DNA of 64,000 nucleotides from Octopus vulgaris (Eukaryota): NCBI GenBank assembly GCA_951406725.2, contig OX597819.1, positions 103,912,001 to 103,976,000 of the forward strand, read 5' to 3'. Shown piece by piece: positions 58,913 to 64,000 of this stretch (position 1 is its first letter; each line of letters starts with the position of its first letter). The notes under the pieces were generated by a model. It saw only the letters and a program-made list of their open reading frames with translations, ran no database searches and was not told where the DNA came from. The position numbers and the translations under genes were made by a program.

Positions 58913-60466
58913 TGTGTGTGCGTGTGCATGTGGCATAGCCACATAGCAATTGAATAGAAAATGCTATTTTATGTATTAATATTCAGTACACAAATATATC
59001 TAGACATTTTTTACGACCTCCTGAAACTTGGTTTCAGTTCTTTTCTATTTGAACATCGAAGACTAGTTGGAAAGCAGGTCAACTGCAATTTTGATTCTCA
59101 TCTGAAAATTATTCCTAAAATTTCTGCTTACCATCTGTACTCAAACACATCATCTATTTCCTGTTTATGCTTAATTTACCTAAATGGATTGAAACATATC
59201 GTCTAGTTTTTCAGAGATACAAGATCCACAAATTCGTCTATGAAGTACATGACTTCATCGGCTCACCTCGAATGAAAGAGTAGTGTTGTCCCAAATGTTG
59301 GAATTCCTATCAATAACAAGGGAAATACATAAAAATAATGTACTTAATTTGCTGCTCTGCGTTTTCAGAAGTATCCATAAAACGTTCAAGAAATACAGTC
59401 CCTGTTTATAATGCATTTGAAAATAATTGCTGTTTTCAGGACAGATTCTCTAATCTGTTTTAAAATAAATTCGGCTTGCAGTAAGCAAATAAACACATTG
59501 TAAACAGAAACATATCGCACAGAAGTATTTTGAAAATGTGAATAAATCACGCCGCAATTGATGCTTAAAAGTGTCGCAAACGGCCAGCTGTCCGAATTGT
59601 TAGAGTGCCAAGAAAAGCTTTACCGAACTTGTTCTGTCTGCTAAAGAAAATAAATTCCTACTAGAATTAAAATCTTTAATTTATGCTGAATTGTATGATA
59701 TTTTTTCAATATGGTAAAATTTTGGAAGAGTGAAGAAACAAAGTATCTAATTTCTAGGACTTGCAACGGCGAACGACTGCACTGACCTATACAATTCAAG
59801 ATGTCCCAAAATAATACTCCAGAACCCCGTACATAATCCAGACACTCGCTACTGCACGTATATATATATTTTTACATTTCTTTATATTATTCTACACGTA
59901 ATATCTACATTTATTTTATATGTACAGTAATATCAACTGCTTAATACTAATATTGTTAGGTTGAAACAAACCTAGAAATATTTACTCAGTGTAGTATTCT
60001 AATAGTGTACTGTCATCGTTCGGTTCAATACCGGACTGTAATTGAACATGTTTCGATGCAATAATGTGAAAACACTCACAATTGACTGCTAGATAATTTA
60101 ATATATTATATAGCTGATTTCTAACATAGGTAAGAGTCAGAACACCAATCTACTGATTTACATTTATTACAAATCATTATACCCATTCTGGAATATAAAT
60201 GTTAAATTAGGCAGCTTTGAACTCAGAATATTAGCATGCATATACAGCCAAACAATTAAAGCTTTTATTAACCCTTGTAGAATTTTAATTCACTATGTAA
60301 ATAATGCAGAATATTGCCAAAAATGTTAAACATTTTTTACATTCTGAAAGCCATGTTTATTGATATACTTTATATTTCAGTCGTTTGGTCTCATATCAAA
60401 GATGCGCTAATGCAGGTGAAAAGTGCGGAGATTACTTCAAGCAAACCTTTCACGATCAATGCTGTG
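53593..60466 (+). CDS. Gene 2 (3'-partial, spliced): secreted paralogue, MKACICICLLIAGLATA-NDCTDLYNSRCPKIILQNPVHNPDTRYCTRLVSYQRCANAGEKCGDYFKQTFHDQCC...
   Basis: Exons 53593-53629, 59758-59857 and 60381-60466 join in frame; signal peptide with A-x-A site followed by the same six-Cys domain; open donor at 60467 implies continuation. Confidence 0.82.
54060..56858 (-). mobile_element. Decayed Gypsy/Ty3 LTR retrotransposon lacking recognisable RT, in the gene 2 intron
   Basis: Similar LTR-like blocks ~54110-54278 and ~56706-56858; PBS-like tggcaacgagg (~56677-56687) and PPT gaaaaggggaga (~54279-54290) on minus strand; protease LQLDTSSDISII; integrase HSGNPEMSRMK...VYW, PWSRAHIDYAGP. Confidence 0.85.
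54814..55046 (+). mobile_element. tRNA-derived SINE (family 1) nested in the Gypsy remnant
   Basis: Near-identical to the first half of 23561-23952. Confidence 0.85.
56950..58300 (-). mobile_element. 3' part of a restriction-like-endonuclease non-LTR element (R4/Dong-like), decayed
   Basis: CRLCG...ITPVLRSCPKM...RHD knuckle in ORF 57276-57587 followed by PD-type nuclease remnants. Confidence 0.7.
58420..58620 (+). mobile_element. Short RTE-like RT fragment
   Basis: GFRLWCVLSPPLFIFFM resembles GVRQGCVLSPLLFIIFM. Confidence 0.6.
59758..59857 (+). CDS. Gene 2 exon, type B long: (G)LATANDCTDLYNSRCPKIILQNPVHNPDTRYC
   Basis: ttctag|ga...ac|gtatat, 100 nt, phase 1->2. Confidence 0.88.
60381..60466 (+). 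CDS. Gene 2 exon, type A variant: RLVSYQRCANAGEKCGDYFKQTFHDQCC
   Basis: tttcag|t...g|gtaaga, 86 nt, phase 2->1. Confidence 0.88.
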
Positions 60467-60599
60467 GTAAGATATGTTCATTAATTTGATTTTGTTGGCA
60501 AAATGTGGTGTCAACAAGCTATACTGAAAATTAAAACATTGTGATTTTCATATCCAGGGACATTAACATCACATTCTAAAAGTGTCAACCTTTAAAAAC

Positions 60600-62210
60600 A
60601 GAACTTGTGAGCAAGCATTTATCGCAAATGCTTAGCTTTCAGCTTCTCGTGGTTTTCTATTGACACTGTCGTGTTAGATAGTACTGTAGTCTGTTCCATA
60701 GCGAATGGCTTTGTTCCAATGCTTATGATTGTCCTGTTAAAAATCATTTTGTTGTCCACACATCTTTTCCTCCTTTCATATATCTCTCCATTTTCTCCTC
60801 TAATAATTCCTCGAAGGAAAAAAAGACTACTGAATGTCATTACGTACCATACAATTTCAGTTTCATTTTCTTCAGCATGTAAGTCAGACAATGAGATATT
60901 GGAGGTTTTCACTGCTTACTCGCTTTGGATTAAGTCTAATAACTGCAAGATGCATGAGAATCTGGAATATCTCATTAATAGTTCCTGTATCGCTGCACTA
61001 ATTGAAAGATAGGAAGATGAAACGTGCCTGTCCTCGCAAGAATGTGGTCTGAAAGAACTGTTTATGAGCATTTATATTCGTTTTAATTTAATCAGTATAG
61101 TCATTGACAACCAGGTTCAATGGGTACTGTTTCTGTTAACATTCTTACAGCATATATCATTGAATCCAAGAATATTTGAACTATTGCAGCAGTTGTGATT
61201 TTGGACAGAAATATCGATTGTGCTGAAGAAGTCATGCTTAGTTATGAGTTTAGATTTCTCATCATTGAATTTCAGTACAAAATTGTTAGATTCTCGCCAC
61301 AAAATCATAGATTTGGAAGATTCCACCTCCGACACTGGCTGTATCCTCATGGTATCCAGTGTCATTGTTTATATTCTGTTCTTTGACGATGTTGAAGAAT
61401 AACAGCAGTGGGGGGCGTACTACCAGATTTCCACAATAGCAACGAAACAGCATGCCAACTTGGTACAAATCTGTATGTATTTCCTGCACTTTCAGTCTCT
61501 TTACTGTTTTACAGAATGTTTCCTACTAGACTCTGCCGAAAGCCTTCTTGAAGCATTCTCATTAACGCTGACAGTATTTCTCACTGAAGATGCAAAGATT
61601 CATACTTATGGAATCCTGCTTCGTTCTCTATTGAGATGCTTTATACTCGATATATGTAGGTGTGTACGTGTGTATTTGCAGGGGCGCATCCATAACTCGG
61701 CGCCTATTCATTATGTGTCTTAAGGAGCCATACTTCTTTGATTACATTGCTTCCTACCTTTATCCGGCCTTGTACTACGTCTACCGACCGCATTTATTTT
61801 GGTTTAATGCAGTTCATTTTAAGACCTACTACTAAGCTATGATTGCCCACCACTGTTAGTATGGTCTGCAGCTGGTCTGTAATTTCAGCGATGAGTACAA
61901 TGCCATCTGTTAATCATTCATGTGTTAGTTTCTCACCAGTCAATGCCCTTCATGACCATATCTTCACAGGCCGTAAAATGTTTTGGAGAGATTGTATTTC
62001 CTTGCCTGTCAGCTTTCACAGTTGGGAGCCTTACTAGTAGTGATAGCAGGGCTATATCTGTTATGCATTCAGAGTTTGCATCTCTAAGCCGTTTGAAATA
62101 TTGCGTCTCGAGACACGACAGCTTGCATTTTCAGAGATTTCAACACTGCGTTCATCACGACGCAATCGAAGAACTTTTCACTAATATCTTTTACCCTGAG
62201 AGCAACAGTA
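60600..62210 (-). mobile_element. Highly decayed LINE RT fragments
   Basis: Broken minus-strand frames with RT-like composition; no intact motif set; ends approximate. Confidence 0.4.
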
Positions 62211-62449
62211 TATGAAACCATATTTGCAATTAAATTGTAAAGTTCGGGTAGCTTTAACCTTTCACCGATGATTATATTTTCTGAAATGGAATGGCATTTT
62301 ACGTACGTATGATTTTAAAACAGTAGGTAGTTGGACGTATTTTTGTATTCCTATGTTCTGGAAAGGACGCATTAAATACATTTTTGTACACAAAACTAAA
62401 TAGTCTTCTGGCAGTTTTCAGTCTAGTGTTTTATTTCCTTTTCTTTCAA

Positions 62450-62505
<56 letters not shown>

Positions 62506-62526
62506 ACACACACACACATACACATA

Positions 62527-62599
<73 letters not shown>

Positions 62600-62603
<4 letters not shown>

Positions 62604-63887
62604 GTCATCCAATAAGTTCTGTCCGATTTTACCTTTTTCAAAATTATATGAAATTTAATAGTATTTTAGAATGCCTAATGGAATTAAAAACTATTTTTAT
62701 GCATTTGCATACATTTAAAGTAATTAAATATTATTTTACAGAATAATAGAATTAAAATTTTTTTGATTAAAACCCTTTCTAACGTGAAAGTATCCAAAGA
62801 GCATTTAAGGCCCATAATGCTTTATGCGTCCAAAAAAGGAAACTCTGCAACCGAAGCGACTCGAAACATGCACTTAGTTTATGGGAAGGAATGCTTGAAT
62901 GAAAGAACTTGCAGAAGATGGTTTGCAAAATTCAGAAGTGGAGATTTCAGGCTTGAAGATGAAGATCGAACAGGCCATCCAGTTGAGTTTGATGATAAGC
63001 TCCTTGAGGCATTACTTGAAGAAAATCCTGCATTATTAGTCGAAGATAAATAAAGCTTAGTTCAAACCATGCAATTGTTCATCGCTATCTTCAACAGTTT
63101 GGAAAGGTTTCTAAATTTTGAAAATGTGTGCCTCATGAACTGTCCGAAAGCAACCGCGAATCATGAGTTGACATCTACTGTTCTCTCCATTCTCGCGAAA
63201 TCATTTCACCCTTATTGGATAGACTTGTGACTGGTGACGAAAAATGGATCTTCTATCGAAATGTTAAACGTCGTAAACAGTGGCTTGGTAAAAGGAAAAA
63301 AAAAACTCAACCACAACAGAAAAATGGAACTTCATGGGGAAAATGTTCTTCTCTCTATCTGGTGGGAGTGCAAAGGAGTAATTCACTTTGAATTGTTACC
63401 ACCTAATGCAACAATCATTGCTCAAATCTACTGTCAGCAATTAGAGCGTTTGAACCAAGCTTTGAAGAAACAAAGACCCGCTTTAGTGAATCGGAAAGGA
63501 GTGATGTTTCATCAGGACAATGCACGACCCCACACTGCAAAGATCACATCACAGAAGATCAAAGAGCTTCGTTGGGAAAAATTCCTCATCCACCTTTATT
63601 CACCCGATCTTGCTACTTCAGACTACCATTTGTGTCGTAGTTTACAGAATCATTTGGGGGACATAAATTTCGCAAGCTAGGAGGAGGTCGAAACTGACAT
63701 TTCAGAGTTCTTCGCTTTGAAACCAAAATAGTTTTACATTCATGGGATTAAAAAGTTTGTAAATGGATGCAAGGAAGTCATAGATAATCAAGAATAGTAC
63801 ATTGATGATTAAATTTCAATTAAATATAACATTTGATCACTTGCTTTCTTTATTCAAAATTTGGACAGCTCTTATGGGATGACCTGA
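62600..63887 (+). mobile_element. Full-length mariner (DD34D) element, inactivated by stops and frameshifts
   Basis: TA-flanked TIRs tcaggtcatccaataagttctgtcc / ggacagctcttatgggatgacctga; CRRWFAKFRSGDF, VTGDEKW, HQDNARPH, YSPDLATSDYHL. Confidence 0.95.
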
Positions 63888-64000
63888 TAGCTTGTTAATA
63901 AAAGTTAGCTGTAAAAAGCAGAATGTTTTCTGATGCCACTTAGAATTGAGAGAAACCTAGATTTCAGTTCGTAATGTTGATGAATATTAATAGTGTTTTC

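Overview
AT-rich, microsatellite- and transposon-dense animal genomic DNA; the SINE families and repeat landscape suggest an octopus/coleoid cephalopod (inference). The ORF track is mostly noise, but the + strand hides a tandem cluster of spliced genes built from a repeated ~60-aa six-cysteine domain (C-x7-C-x16-C-x8-C-x6..8-C-x11-C, with conserved [YF]PxxxPD and R[LI]xxxxxCA motifs). Each domain is split over two mini-exons: B (91-100 nt, phase 1->2) and A (86-92 nt, phase 2->1). Gene 1 enters from the left edge and has 27 intact, phase-compatible exons (565-42320; 13.5 domains, ~840 aa), one degenerate exon (42771) and a probable terminal exon/polyA site (~45716-45820). Gene 2 starts with a signal-peptide exon at 53593 (MKACICICLLIAG|LATA-NDC...) and runs off the right edge. 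In the pair of units I compared by hand, an exon is more diverged than the neighbouring intron, and cysteine codons are position-fixed, a toxin/recognition-protein-like signature. I do not recognise the family. Introns and the intergenic gap contain Tc1/mariner, CR1-, RTE-, Hero- and R4-like LINE remnants, a Gypsy remnant, tRNA-derived SINEs, a Helitron-like element and Penelope-type inverted repeats carrying minimal hammerhead ribozyme cores.
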